Part shown: positions 9,808 to 21,517 of the stretch, piece by piece
Layout of the letters: each line of letters starts with the position of its first letter
Numbering within the stretch: the stretch's first letter is position 1
Assembly (NCBI GenBank): GCA_965215005.1
Contig: CBDCCZ010000004.1
Span: 224,001-288,000, forward strand
DNA: 64,000 nt
Reading direction: 5' to 3'
DNA from: Kofleriaceae bacterium
GTDB lineage: Bacteria; Myxococcota_A; Polyangia; Haliangiales; Haliangiaceae
Position numbers and translations under genes: made by a program
Notes under the pieces: generated by a model
What the model was told of the DNA's origin: nothing
Seen by the model: the letters and a program-made list of their open reading frames with translations, nothing else
Database searches by the model: none

Positions 9808-10331
9808 CAGCTACCTCCGTACCAGCGCGACGGCATCAGTGCCTCGCAGATCGGGCGGAACAGGATCGGAAACGTCCAGTCGGCCTTGCGCGCGTTGCAC
9901 ATCATCGCGTGCTGACCGCCGACCTCGACGCTGCCGCCGAACAGCGCGGGGCGCGGAACACGCGCCTTGCGTCGCATTTCGAACGTTTGCCCATGTAGCG
10001 ATGCAAGCTCGGGCGCCAGGATGGGAATCCGCTGCGCGATGGTGTCGAACTTGCCAGCGGCAGCAGCGCGTAGCGCGCCGTCGCTCATCACCGTCGGTCC
10101 TTGCTGCTGAACATCGCACTGCGGCGGCAGCTGCTCGCAACCGCTCGTGGCGTAGAACCACGCGCAGCTGCGGATGCGCTCTTGGTTCTCCAGCTCGACC
10201 ACGTTGAAGCCGGCGACGTACATGCCGAGCAGCCACAGCGACACGAACACCGGAAACACCACCAGCATCTCGATGAACAGCGACCCGCGCTGCTCCGAGA
10301 AGATCGACTTATAAGTCCTGCGCGTGCGCAT
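9798..10331 (-). CDS. TadE-like minor pilin
   Basis: Class III signal QRG|SLFIE with Glu5, hydrophobic helix, several Cys. Confidence 0.8.
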   Translation of the reverse strand: MRTRRTYKSIFSEQRGSLFIEMLVVFPVFVSLWLLGMYVAGFNVVELENQERIRSCAWFYATSGCEQLPPQCDVQQQGPTVMSDGALRAAAAGKFDTIAQRIPILAPELASLHGQTFEMRRKARVPRPALFGGSVEVGGQHAMMCNARKADWTFPILFRPICEALMPSRWYGGSWCP

Positions 10332-10332
10332 A

Positions 10333-11529
10333 TCAGTGAACGATCAGCTCCTCACTGCGCTCGATGGCATCGCGGATGTCGGCGCACGAGACGCCGGTGC
10401 CGCTGTTTGCGCACTCGCGGCTCATCACGTCCGGCGTGGTCTCACGGAACCGCCGGAATCGCGCGCGCCACTGCATTTGCCACAGCATCTGTGCCTGCTC
10501 GGCGTTGCCATCGAAGTAGTACTCGGCCTGCGCAAATCCAACTCGGCTGAGAATCTTGCGCAGCGCCGCGGTGCGGCCGCCGTTCTCGTTGCGCCCCCAC
10601 GCAGCCAGCCGCACCGCGCGATCGAGGTCGTCGCCGATGGTCTCGCCCACCGCGTAGAAGCGCAGTTGATAGGGCTCGCTGCCGAGCGGATCGGTGACGC
10701 GACGGCCGGGCACCTGCGCCAAGCACGCCGGCCAAAACCGCTCGCGCGCGACCTTCCAGGCTTTCTCGCGGGGCCACGGCCCGATCCCGATCGGCGTCCA
10801 AACCTTGAGGTAGGGCGAGTGCCAGACGGTGGGAATCGTGTCGGTTTCCCACGCCTGCTTCTTTAGGATCGGACGGGTGCTGATCCGACCCCACAGCGAC
10901 GCATCGGGCTCGACGCGCGCGCAGAACTCTTCAATCGGCTCGTCCTCGGTTGGCGTCTTGCCTTTCGGCACCAAGAAGCCGCCTTCGATGCCGTCTCGCT
11001 GCGCGGCCAGACCCGCTGCTTGCGCTTCGGCGAGCTGGCCGAGCTGATTCTCAATCGCGCTTTGCGCGCGGTCGGTGGCCTCCATGGTGTCGGTGAGAGC
11101 CGAGCCGTTGGCCAACACCGCGGCTTCGATACCGATCACGGCCAGCGGAAGCCGCATCGGCCCCCACAGGATGCGTCGCAGCTTGCGTTTGATTCGGCAG
11201 ATAAAGTTAAAGCCGCAGACTTTCGCGAGCTTGCGGTTGATGTAGTCGATGGTCTCGACAGCCGCCCATGCCACCGCCGCCATCGATGCCACCAGTGCAA
11301 CCGTGGCGAGCTTGACGATGTTGAGCAGTGCCAGAAGGTTCATGCCGCGGGCATGCATCACCGCGGCGGCGTAGGCTCCGGTGTCAGAGGCATCGCGCAG
11401 TCGGTCACCATGGCGAATCGCTTCGCCGATCCCGGTTAGGTAATAGAGGACGCCAACGAGCAGCAGCGAGACGAAGATCGTCATGATCAACACCGCGCCG
11501 CGCGTATCGCGCGAAAGCTCAGTACGCAT
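10333..11529 (-). CDS. TadG-like large minor pilin / tip protein
   Basis: Start reassigned to ATG 11529; TRG|AVLIM prepilin signal, DASDTGAYAAA motif. Confidence 0.75.
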   Translation of the reverse strand: MRTELSRDTRGAVLIMTIFVSLLLVGVLYYLTGIGEAIRHGDRLRDASDTGAYAAAVMHARGMNLLALLNIVKLATVALVASMAAVAWAAVETIDYINRKLAKVCGFNFICRIKRKLRRILWGPMRLPLAVIGIEAAVLANGSALTDTMEATDRAQSAIENQLGQLAEAQAAGLAAQRDGIEGGFLVPKGKTPTEDEPIEEFCARVEPDASLWGRISTRPILKKQAWETDTIPTVWHSPYLKVWTPIGIGPWPREKAWKVARERFWPACLAQVPGRRVTDPLGSEPYQLRFYAVGETIGDDLDRAVRLAAWGRNENGGRTAALRKILSRVGFAQAEYYFDGNAEQAQMLWQMQWRARFRRFRETTPDVMSRECANSGTGVSCADIRDAIERSEELIVH

Positions 11530-12115
11530 AGCTCGCCCCCTGGTTTGGCAGCGCGGCCTCGTCGGTGAGCAGCAAGTGGCCCGCGCCGCCCCGCCATCTG
11601 CACATGATGCGGCGGGCGATGGGGACGACGCAGCGAAACCGATATTCGACCGCGACCTTGACCGTATCGCCCGGGCCGAAGCGGCCGCTGGCGCCGGGAA
11701 AGGTGATGCGGACGCGATCTTGTAGATCACGCGCCGGCGCGAGCAAGCCAGGCAGCGGCGTATTGGGTTGAGGCGCCGCAACCGCGTTGTAGAGGGTGTA
11801 GAGGCCGGGAACCTGCGCCGGGCTGCAGGTGGCTACGAGGGCAACGGCAGCGGCTTTCTCGATCGCCGCGAAGCGCTGGTTGCCCGAGGAGACATCGCCG
11901 CGCTCGGCACCGCCGTAAAACTGCGGATCGTCGTCGAGCACCACGACAGCGGCGCGCACCGCCGCAGATGCAGCGTGCGCAATCCCGAGCTTGCCGACGT
12001 ACGCGAGTGCCGACTGAGCGACACAGAACGTGAAGATCAGGAACAGCGGAGCGACGATGAGGAGCTCGACGAGCAGCGAGCCCCTCTGGTCGCGATATGC
12101 GGTGCGGCTATTCAC
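11519..12115 (-). CDS. tadE: TadE family minor pilin
   Basis: GTG start at 12115 (GTGA overlap); QRG|SLLVE, HAASAAVRAA, V.V.VEYRF motifs. Confidence 0.85.
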   Translation of the reverse strand: MNSRTAYRDQRGSLLVELLIVAPLFLIFTFCVAQSALAYVGKLGIAHAASAAVRAAVVVLDDDPQFYGGAERGDVSSGNQRFAAIEKAAAVALVATCSPAQVPGLYTLYNAVAAPQPNTPLPGLLAPARDLQDRVRITFPGASGRFGPGDTVKVAVEYRFRCVVPIARRIMCRWRGGAGHLLLTDEAALPNQGASYAY

Positions 12116-12612
12116 ACCATCCACAACGCCAATAGGCTGCCGACCAAGATCGACGGCCCGAGGCGCATTTCGGTCATTTCGGTCCGCGCGACCGGTTTGC
12201 GACGCGAGCGCGGCATGACCAGGTTTAGGGTTACTCGACCCATGTTCGCGAATGCCTGCCCGAGGCGCCGTTCGCGAGCCAGCCAAACGATCGCCCACGC
12301 CGCGCTCACGAGCAGGCTCATCACCAGCATCTCCATGCCCAGCGAGACGCCGTGCAGCGCGCCGAGCGCCGCAAACAGCTTGACGTCCCCGCCGCCCATC
12401 CCATCCATGCGGAACATCAGGTAGGGCACGAGCCCGACTCCGATGATCCCCAAGACGCTGAAGATCAGCCCTTGTGACCCGTGCTGCCACCAAAACAGCA
12501 CCGGTGCCAATGCGATAGCAGGCAAGGTGAGCCAGTTGGGAATCTCACCGCGCCGCCAGTCGGTAAAGGCAGCGACGCTCACGAGGACGATCGTTGTGAC
12601 TAGCACCCACAT
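12112..12612 (-). CDS. cpaA: Prepilin peptidase, A24 family (CpaA/TadV)
   Basis: TDWRRGEIPNWLT and MGGGDVKL catalytic Asp motifs; multiple TMs. Confidence 0.93.
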   Translation of the reverse strand: MWVLVTTIVLVSVAAFTDWRRGEIPNWLTLPAIALAPVLFWWQHGSQGLIFSVLGIIGVGLVPYLMFRMDGMGGGDVKLFAALGALHGVSLGMEMLVMSLLVSAAWAIVWLARERRLGQAFANMGRVTLNLVMPRSRRKPVARTEMTEMRLGPSILVGSLLALWMV

Positions 12613-12623
12613 GAGAATCTTGC

Positions 12624-12866
12624 CTACGGCTCTGACTGCTCGGGGGTCGGCAGCGTGGTCTGCACGCCTTCGATCGCGTTGCCTTCTTCGCCGAACTTGG
12701 CTTTGGTCTTGTCGCCTAGGTACTTGGCGCCAAAGATGACGACGAATACGAAGATGGCGACGATGAGCAGGACCTCGAAGAATTCGATGCCTCGCTGATC
12801 TGCCAGAAGGCTCTTGCGCTTCTGCGCATCGCCGCCGAGAAGAATGTCTTTGATCCGTTGCTTCAT
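12624..12866 (-). CDS. Flp-type pilin (probable major pilin)
   Basis: QRG|IEFFEV signal, hydrophobic helix, short C-terminus, AGGAG RBS. Confidence 0.8.
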   Translation of the reverse strand: MKQRIKDILLGGDAQKRKSLLADQRGIEFFEVLLIVAIFVFVVIFGAKYLGDKTKAKFGEEGNAIEGVQTTLPTPEQSEP

Positions 12867-12936
12867 GACTGAGGGCTCCTAATTGCGTCTCGTGGTTAGC
12901 GGGCCGTTTGCGAGTTCATGGCGATATGTGCAGCTC

Positions 12937-13119
12937 CTAGGGGAACGGCCCAGCGAGAGCAAGCTGCGCATACCGAAACGCGCGCAGGAGCGGAAAGCCG
13001 AGCTGAATCGCAGCGCCGGCGATCGGAAACGCAAAGAACGCCACGATGAGCACGTACTCCACGTAGACCACTCCCCGCGCATCGCGACACGCTGCAGTCC
13101 AATCTTGCTCCTCACGCAC
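12937..13119 (-). CDS. Flp-type pilin
   Basis: ARG|VVYVEY canonical Flp motif followed by hydrophobic helix; first gene of operon. Confidence 0.8.
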   Translation of the reverse strand: MREEQDWTAACRDARGVVYVEYVLIVAFFAFPIAGAAIQLGFPLLRAFRYAQLALAGPFP

Positions 13120-13132
13120 GAGTCACCCCTGG

Positions 13133-13148
13133 TGCAGCACCCGTACCA
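13133..13148 (-). promoter_or_regulatory. Putative sigma54 promoter for Tad operon
   Basis: TGGTACGGGTGCTGCA = GG-N10-GC, resembling TGGCAC-N5-TTGC. Confidence 0.65.
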
Positions 13149-13222
13149 TTGGCTACGCTCGCTGCTAAGCGAGCGGGAACAGTGGAACTGTGTGGCAATC
13201 GGTCCAGTGCGATAAGCGGCTG

Positions 13223-13277
13223 CTTTACACGAACGATCGCTCAGCGGTTTACGTAAAGGTCAGAGTTGATCAATCTG
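13223..13277. promoter_or_regulatory. Putative activator (EBP) binding region
   Basis: AT-rich palindromes TTTACGTAAA (13248-13257) and TTGATCAA (13266-13273), plus CTTTAC half-site, between two divergent sigma54-like promoters. Confidence 0.4.
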
Positions 13278-13333
13278 GTCTAGCCACAAGTCGTGGGAGC
13301 CCCTCATTAAAGGGCTTTGAAGCTTCGCGAAGG

Positions 13334-13349
13334 CGGCACGCGCTTCGCA
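13334..13349 (+). promoter_or_regulatory. Putative sigma54 promoter for divergent FHA gene
   Basis: CGGCACGCGCTTCGCA = GG-N10-GC with GGCACG. Confidence 0.55.
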
Positions 13350-13362
13350 CGGTGAATCGCGC

Positions 13363-14310
13363 GTGAAGCCGCAAAAGGATGAGCTGGCGTGGCCGAGTCA
13401 CTTCGCCGTCGACTCCGATGTCACCGTCGTAGACGGCCTCGGTCCACAGGATCGAGCGTCAACGGCATCCATACTCGCGCTCGAAGCGACGTGCGAGCTG
13501 CAACGTGTCGAGGCGGTGGATGACCGCGGCAATCACTTCTCCGCCGCCCTCGGTCTTCGCGACCGCGCCATCCTCATTGGCTCGTCGGCATCATGTCGTT
13601 GGCGTCTCGAGCAAGATGGTGTCGAAAGTGAGCATTTGGAGCTGGTGTGGGAGCAGGGCGGACTTTGGCTGAACGCGCGAGCGCCGGTTCTGGTCGCTGG
13701 GCGGAGCGTGATCGGCTGGGAGCCGCTGCGCGAGCACGAGGTTGTGCTGGGCTCTGCCAAGCTCACTCTCAATGCTTCGAGTAAGGATGCACTGCCCGAG
13801 GTCCTCGCCGCCGAAGCGCCTAGCACGGCGCCGCAAGCGCCAGGGCTCGATGCCGATCTCGCGGAGCGCTTTGCGTTGCCGCCGGAAGACGAGAACGATG
13901 GCAGCGCCGCGCGGCCACCACTGCTTCGCCGCAAGCTCCTCGGTGCGCCGGTCTCGGCGTGGCTCGTGGTCTCCCTGGCGCTCATCACCGCGGCTTACGC
14001 GCTCACCACTGCCGATTGGCTGGATCGGGTGACTCGACCCCCGCGCGCGGTTCGGGTGCTGCCGACCGAGGTCACCGCCGGCGACGTCGACGCGAAGCCA
14101 ACGACACCGACGCGTGCTGTCGAACGCGCTGAGGTTCGACAAGCGGCCGAGCTGTTGGCGCAGCGCGACTTGGGTGCCGCACTCGCGGCCTATACCGAGC
14201 TCGCCGAAGCCGCCGGCCCGACGAGTCCCTACGCGATCTTTGCAGAGCTGCTCGGCCGTCTCTGCGCACCTGGCACCATGGGAGCTGGACCATGCACCGC
14301 AGCGCCTTGA
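13363..14310 (+). CDS. Membrane protein with degenerate FHA-like domain
   Basis: ILIGSSASCRWRL..GVESEHLEL FHA-like pattern, TM segment, C-terminal TPR-like helix pair. Confidence 0.7.
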   Translation: MKPQKDELAWPSHFAVDSDVTVVDGLGPQDRASTASILALEATCELQRVEAVDDRGNHFSAALGLRDRAILIGSSASCRWRLEQDGVESEHLELVWEQGGLWLNARAPVLVAGRSVIGWEPLREHEVVLGSAKLTLNASSKDALPEVLAAEAPSTAPQAPGLDADLAERFALPPEDENDGSAARPPLLRRKLLGAPVSAWLVVSLALITAAYALTTADWLDRVTRPPRAVRVLPTEVTAGDVDAKPTTPTRAVERAEVRQAAELLAQRDLGAALAAYTELAEAAGPTSPYAIFAELLGRLCAPGTMGAGPCTAAP

Positions 14311-15149
14311 TTCTCCTCGTCCCAACCTTCTTCGCGACCAGCTGCGGCGCGATGAGTCGCGGCGGTACCGAGGCGGTGACCGCAACGTTGGTGGTATCTG
14401 CCGTGCGTGACGACGGCGTTGCCGTCGCGGGGGCCTCAGTATTCGTCGGCGACACGCCGCTCGGCAAGACCAGCGCCGCGGGCGGCTTGGCGCTCGAGCT
14501 CAGCGGCGCCGAGGGCGACCGCTTTGCCATCGGTGCCAGCTGCCCCGATCCGCTGCGACTGGTGGCGCAGTCGCTGCCGGAAATCGTGTTGAGCGAGATC
14601 CGCGGGTATGGCGCCGAGCCAGCGCAGCTCGAGCTAGTGGTGACGTGCCAGCGACCGCGACGCAGCGTGGCGGTGCTGGTGCGTGCGCGCGGTGAGATTC
14701 TCGAGCTCAAGGAGAAGCGCGCCAAACGCCGCGGCAAAGAGCTTCGCACCACCGTCACGGAGGTGGAGGAGCTACCGCTGGTGGATGTATCGGTGTTGCT
14801 CAATGGGCAGCTTTTGGCCAAGACCGACGCCGATGGGCTGGCGCACTTGGCGTTCGAGGTGAGTCCGAGCACGAGCTTCGAGCTCACGCTCGACACCGCC
14901 AGTGCTGGCTACGAGGAGCTCGTTCCGCACAATCCCACGGCAACGTTCGATGTTCGCGAGAGCGACGAGCTGTATGTTTTCGATCAGGTGCTGCGCGATC
15001 GTCGCTATGTTGCCGATCTGCCGCCGGCACCCAAGCCGCGCCGGGTTCGGCGCAGTCGTCCCGACGCAGAGCCGGAGCCGGAGCAGCACCGCATCAAGAT
15101 CCTTCGCGGCGGGATCGATTCCGGCGTGCATACGATGCGGCCGAAATGA
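14292..15149 (+). CDS. Hypothetical lipoprotein with two Ig/PEGA-like beta domains
   Basis: ATS-C lipobox; repeated V.V.G..LGKT motifs (VFVGDTPLGKT, VLLNGQLLAKT). Confidence 0.65.
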   Translation: MHRSALILLVPTFFATSCGAMSRGGTEAVTATLVVSAVRDDGVAVAGASVFVGDTPLGKTSAAGGLALELSGAEGDRFAIGASCPDPLRLVAQSLPEIVLSEIRGYGAEPAQLELVVTCQRPRRSVAVLVRARGEILELKEKRAKRRGKELRTTVTEVEELPLVDVSVLLNGQLLAKTDADGLAHLAFEVSPSTSFELTLDTASAGYEELVPHNPTATFDVRESDELYVFDQVLRDRRYVADLPPAPKPRRVRRSRPDAEPEPEQHRIKILRGGIDSGVHTMRPK

Positions 15150-15160
15150 CCGAAGCGCGG

Positions 15161-16879
15161 CTACTTTCGCGGTCGCGGAATGCCGTAGGCGTCGAGGCGC
15201 TTGGCAAGCGTGACCCGCGAGATGCCGAGCATTCGAGCGGCTTTGGTCTGATTGCCGCCGGTCTCGCGCAGGGCCTCGATGATGCGTTGGCGCGGGTCGT
15301 CGCTGTGCGTCGGGCTATCGGCGATGCCCTCGTAAGGCCGCTGACCGCTGTCGCTGCGGCTGAGACGGTCGAGCGGCAAGTGCTCTTCGCAAATGGGTTG
15401 CTCGCCTGCCAACAGCACCGCGCGCTCGATCGCATTGCGCAGCTCGCGCACATTGCCTGGCCAAGCGTGACTCGCCAGCGCTTGCAGGGCTTCGGGGGTG
15501 AGCGAGGGCTTCGAGGTATGGCCGAGCTCGCGGGCGCACGCGCTCGCGAAGCTGCGCGCCAGCGGCTCGATTTCGCAGACTCGATCGCGCAGCGGCGGGA
15601 CCCAGATAGTGGCCGCTGCGATGCGATAGAACAGATCCTCGCGGAAGGCGCCGCGGGCGACCTCTTCTTCGAGATCGCGATTGGTCGCGGCGACGAAGCG
15701 AACGTCGATCTCCCGCGGCCTCACCGCGCCAACGCGCATGACGGTGCCGTCTTCGAGGCAGCGCAACAGCTTGGCCTGGGCCGACTGCGACAGCTCGCCG
15801 ACCTCGTCGAGGAACACGGTGCCGCCATGCGCCGACTCGAGCAGGCCCGCCTTGGTAGCGTTGGCGCCGGTGAAGGCGCCTTTTTCGTGACCAAACAGCT
15901 CGCTCTCGAGGAGCGTGTGCGAGAACGCGGCGCAGTTGAGGCGCAAGAACGGCTTATCAGCGCGCGGCGACAGCCGGTGAATGGCCTCGGCAACGCTTTC
16001 CTTGCCAACCCCGGTTTCGCCGTGAATGAGCACGCTAATGGTGCCTTTGGCCATCCGACCCGCCAGCCGATACACGTCCTCCATGACGGGATCGGCGACG
16101 ATGACGCCAGTGGAAAGCGAATCAGTGGTGGTAGGCAGCTCGTCGCCAGCGGCCGCATCCATGGCCGGGGAGTGCTCGGCAACGATACGCAACTTTGCAT
16201 CGGCGCGGCTGAAGCGGTCGCGCAGCTCTCGCACCGCCTCGTCCACGGCGGTGAAGGGCGCGCCAACCGACAGTGCCCGAACGTCCCGCGAGCCGAATCG
16301 GGCCACCGCGACGCACGCCGGGATGTGAGGCAGCAGGAGCACGCGGGCGGTATCGAGCTCGAGCGGGCCATCGGTGGCGCGCAGATGAATCACCGTGACG
16401 TCGGCGGCGGCTTCTTCTTCGATGGCAACGCGAGTACGACGCTCGAGCTCGCCGATGGTGACGGTCTCGACGACGTCGGCTTGGCGCGGGCTCAAGCTCA
16501 CTCCGAGCAGCGAGCCGATGCGCAGCAGTTGATCACAGCGCAGAACGCGCGCCTGGCGCGGCTCGAGGCGCTCGCCATCGACCCAGGTGCCGTTGCGGCT
16601 GCCGAGGTCGACGAGGCGAACCTCGTGCTCATCGAAGGTGAGCAAGCAGTGCTGGCGAGACACCGATACATCGGCGAGCGAGACGTCTGCGGCGCTGCCG
16701 CGACCAATGGTGAGCTCGCCGTGCGTCGGCAACGGAATCGTCTGAAGGCCCCAGCGGCGCACGATGGAGAGCGCCGAGGGGCGAACGTCGAACGTCTCGT
16801 CGTTGGCCGCGGCGGCGAGCTCCCCGGGAACGGTGTTGGTGTCCTCGGAGCTACTGAGGCCTTCGCTGGCGCGGCTCAT
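15161..16879 (-). CDS. Sigma54-dependent activator (FHA - degenerate middle domain - AAA+ - Fis HTH)
   Basis: Canonical FHA (GR, SRQH, NGT), GETGVGKE, ESELFGHEKGAFTGA, FLDEVGE, WPGNVRELRN, GNQTKAARMLGISR. Confidence 0.95.
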   Translation of the reverse strand: MSRASEGLSSSEDTNTVPGELAAAANDETFDVRPSALSIVRRWGLQTIPLPTHGELTIGRGSAADVSLADVSVSRQHCLLTFDEHEVRLVDLGSRNGTWVDGERLEPRQARVLRCDQLLRIGSLLGVSLSPRQADVVETVTIGELERRTRVAIEEEAAADVTVIHLRATDGPLELDTARVLLLPHIPACVAVARFGSRDVRALSVGAPFTAVDEAVRELRDRFSRADAKLRIVAEHSPAMDAAAGDELPTTTDSLSTGVIVADPVMEDVYRLAGRMAKGTISVLIHGETGVGKESVAEAIHRLSPRADKPFLRLNCAAFSHTLLESELFGHEKGAFTGANATKAGLLESAHGGTVFLDEVGELSQSAQAKLLRCLEDGTVMRVGAVRPREIDVRFVAATNRDLEEEVARGAFREDLFYRIAAATIWVPPLRDRVCEIEPLARSFASACARELGHTSKPSLTPEALQALASHAWPGNVRELRNAIERAVLLAGEQPICEEHLPLDRLSRSDSGQRPYEGIADSPTHSDDPRQRIIEALRETGGNQTKAARMLGISRVTLAKRLDAYGIPRPRK

Positions 16880-17174
16880 GCGTTGCTGTCCCTCATCACT
16901 TCATGAATCCCGGCAAGGCCTGCGGGTGAATCGAGAACCGCCGCGGAGGGCGGGATCCTTCACCCCGTGAGTTCGAGTATAGACGAGCTCTCCGCGACTC
17001 TTAAACGCAAAGCGACGGGATTGCCGAAGCTGCAGGGAAAGCGCGACGTTATCGCAGAAGCACTGTGAGCGCCGGCGCCCCGACGCTCAGAAGAAGTCTG
17101 GGATGTTGTGTCAAATTGGTGGTTAGCGCATGGCGGCGTGGTGACGACGGGGCGCGTGACGCGGCGCGTTTTGT

Positions 17175-18581
17175 TCAACGCGATGCGTGTGCGGCAAGCG
17201 TTTGCGCAACGCACGAGGTGAGCTTCTTGGCGTAGGGAACATCGAGGAATTCGTTGGGGCCGTGCGCATTCGAGGCCGGTCCGAGCACACCCGTGATGAG
17301 GAACTGCGCGGCTGGGAATTTGGCGCCAAGCATGCCCATGAACGGTATCGAGCCGCCTTCGCCCATGTACACCGCCGGCTTGCCGAAGTAGGTGCTGGAA
17401 GCATCATCGAGGGCACGTTCGAGCCATGGCGCGAGCGCCGGAGCGTTCCATCCCGCTGCGCCTTCGGCATGGGTGAGGCGGACGCGAGCGTTGTATGGAG
17501 GATCCTTCTCGAGGAGCGTTTTGACGGTGGCGATGGCATCGGATGCAGCCACGCCGGGCGGCAGTCGCAAGCTCAGCTTCACCGAGGTGAGCGGGCGCAT
17601 CACGTTGCCGGCATCGCCCAGCGCCGGCATTCCATCGACGCCAGTGATGGCGAGGGCGGGACGCCAGGTGCGGCTCAGGACCAGCTCCGCGAGATCGCGG
17701 CTGACCGGCTGCACGCCCTCGTGAAATGGGAACTGCGTGTAGACCACCTCGCCGAGGACCTCGGCAACGCGCGCGGCTTGCTCAATGCGCTGGCGCGGAA
17801 TCTCGACCGCGAGCTCGTCGGGAACGATGCGGCCGGTCGCGGGGTCTTCGAGGCGGCTCAGGACCTGGCGCAAGACTCGGAAGCTCGAGGCGACGATGCC
17901 GCTCGCATCGCCGGAGTGGACGCCTTCGCGGAGGAGCTCGACGCTCAAATTGGCGGTGACGATGCCGCGCAGGGACGTCGTTGACCATAGTTGATCGTAG
18001 TTGCCGGCACCGGAGTCGAGGCAGACGATGAGGCTCGGAGTGCCGATGCGATCCGCGAGATGATCGATATACGGCGGCAAGTCGTAGCTGCCGCTCTCTT
18101 CACAGGCCTCGATGAGCAGGACGCAGCGGGCATGAGGCAGCCCTTGCTCTGCCAGCGCGGCGATCGCGGTGAGCGAGGCAAACAACGCGTAGCCGTCGTC
18201 GGCGCCGCCGCGACCATAGAGGCGGCCGTTCTCATAGACCGGCGTCCATGGACCTTTGCCGGCAGCCCAGCCGACCATCTCGGGTTGTTTATCGAGATGG
18301 CCGTAGAGAAGCACCGTGTCGTCGACGCTGCCGGGAATCTCGATGTAGATGAGCGGCGTGCGCCCCGCCAGCCGCACGACCTCGAGTTCCATGCCGGGCA
18401 GTGCATGGGCTCGCGCCCACGACACGAACAGCTCCACGGCGCGCTCCATGTGACCGTGCTCGGCCCACGCCGGATCGAACGCCGGCGACTTGTTGGGAAT
18501 GCGGATGTAATCGATGAGCGTCGGGACGATGGTCTCGTCCCACACCCGCTCGACGAAGTTGCGGGTTTTGGCAGCTTCCAT
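17175..18581 (-). CDS. M20 family metallopeptidase/dipeptidase
   Basis: YGHLDKQP, YGRGGADDG, CEESGS, HSG, NAHGPNE. Confidence 0.92.
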   Translation of the reverse strand: MEAAKTRNFVERVWDETIVPTLIDYIRIPNKSPAFDPAWAEHGHMERAVELFVSWARAHALPGMELEVVRLAGRTPLIYIEIPGSVDDTVLLYGHLDKQPEMVGWAAGKGPWTPVYENGRLYGRGGADDGYALFASLTAIAALAEQGLPHARCVLLIEACEESGSYDLPPYIDHLADRIGTPSLIVCLDSGAGNYDQLWSTTSLRGIVTANLSVELLREGVHSGDASGIVASSFRVLRQVLSRLEDPATGRIVPDELAVEIPRQRIEQAARVAEVLGEVVYTQFPFHEGVQPVSRDLAELVLSRTWRPALAITGVDGMPALGDAGNVMRPLTSVKLSLRLPPGVAASDAIATVKTLLEKDPPYNARVRLTHAEGAAGWNAPALAPWLERALDDASSTYFGKPAVYMGEGGSIPFMGMLGAKFPAAQFLITGVLGPASNAHGPNEFLDVPYAKKLTSCVAQTLAAHASR

Positions 18582-18588
18582 GGCAGGG

Positions 18589-18594
18589 AGCCTA
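18589..18594 (-). promoter_or_regulatory. Putative -10 box of leaderless M20 transcript
   Basis: TAGGCT 7 nt before ATG, no SD. Confidence 0.4.
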
Positions 18595-18753
18595 CTTCAG
18601 CGGCGCCCGCCAACCCAGCCTTGCGAGCCCCGTCGAGCAACCTTGTCGGCTACCTCCCGGTCGATCGGGCGGGACCTCGCCGCTTGCCAGATGGTCATGC
18701 GTGACCAACATTTCCTAGCAGCTGCGTATAGTGACCACGTCATGCTGATTCGT

Positions 18754-19089
<336 letters not shown>

Positions 19090-19144
19090 GTCGGCGCAGT
19101 GCGTCGCTCGCGTGGGGGCTCCTGATCACGATCGGTAGGAAACA

Positions 19145-21442
<2,298 letters not shown>

Positions 21443-21492
21443 GCGCGGTGCTCCCGCGGCGCTGCGCCGGGCAACGGGCGGTGCGCGGGAGC

Positions 21493-21517
21493 CGGCACGA
21501 TGGGTGCGATGTTTGCA
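21493..21517 (+). promoter_or_regulatory. Possible sigma54 promoter(s) upstream of DUF2267 gene
   Basis: CGGCACGATGGGTGC and overlapping GGTGCGATGTTTGCA, both GG-N10-GC. Confidence 0.4.

Noticed and set aside
11530..12493. Long N-terminal extensions in the ORF track for TadG and TadE (also copA, clpS, recB, recD, HNH)
   Set aside because: Extensions overlap neighbours or lack RBS support; downstream starts with coupling overlaps or RBS fit better.
15146..16906. 586-aa + strand ORF
   Set aside because: Antisense shadow of the sigma54 activator; long shadows are expected in GC-rich DNA and it has no motifs.
17011..17026. GG-N10-GC element upstream of the EBP gene
   Set aside because: Weak match (CGGCAATCCCGTCGCT) with no supporting spacing pattern.
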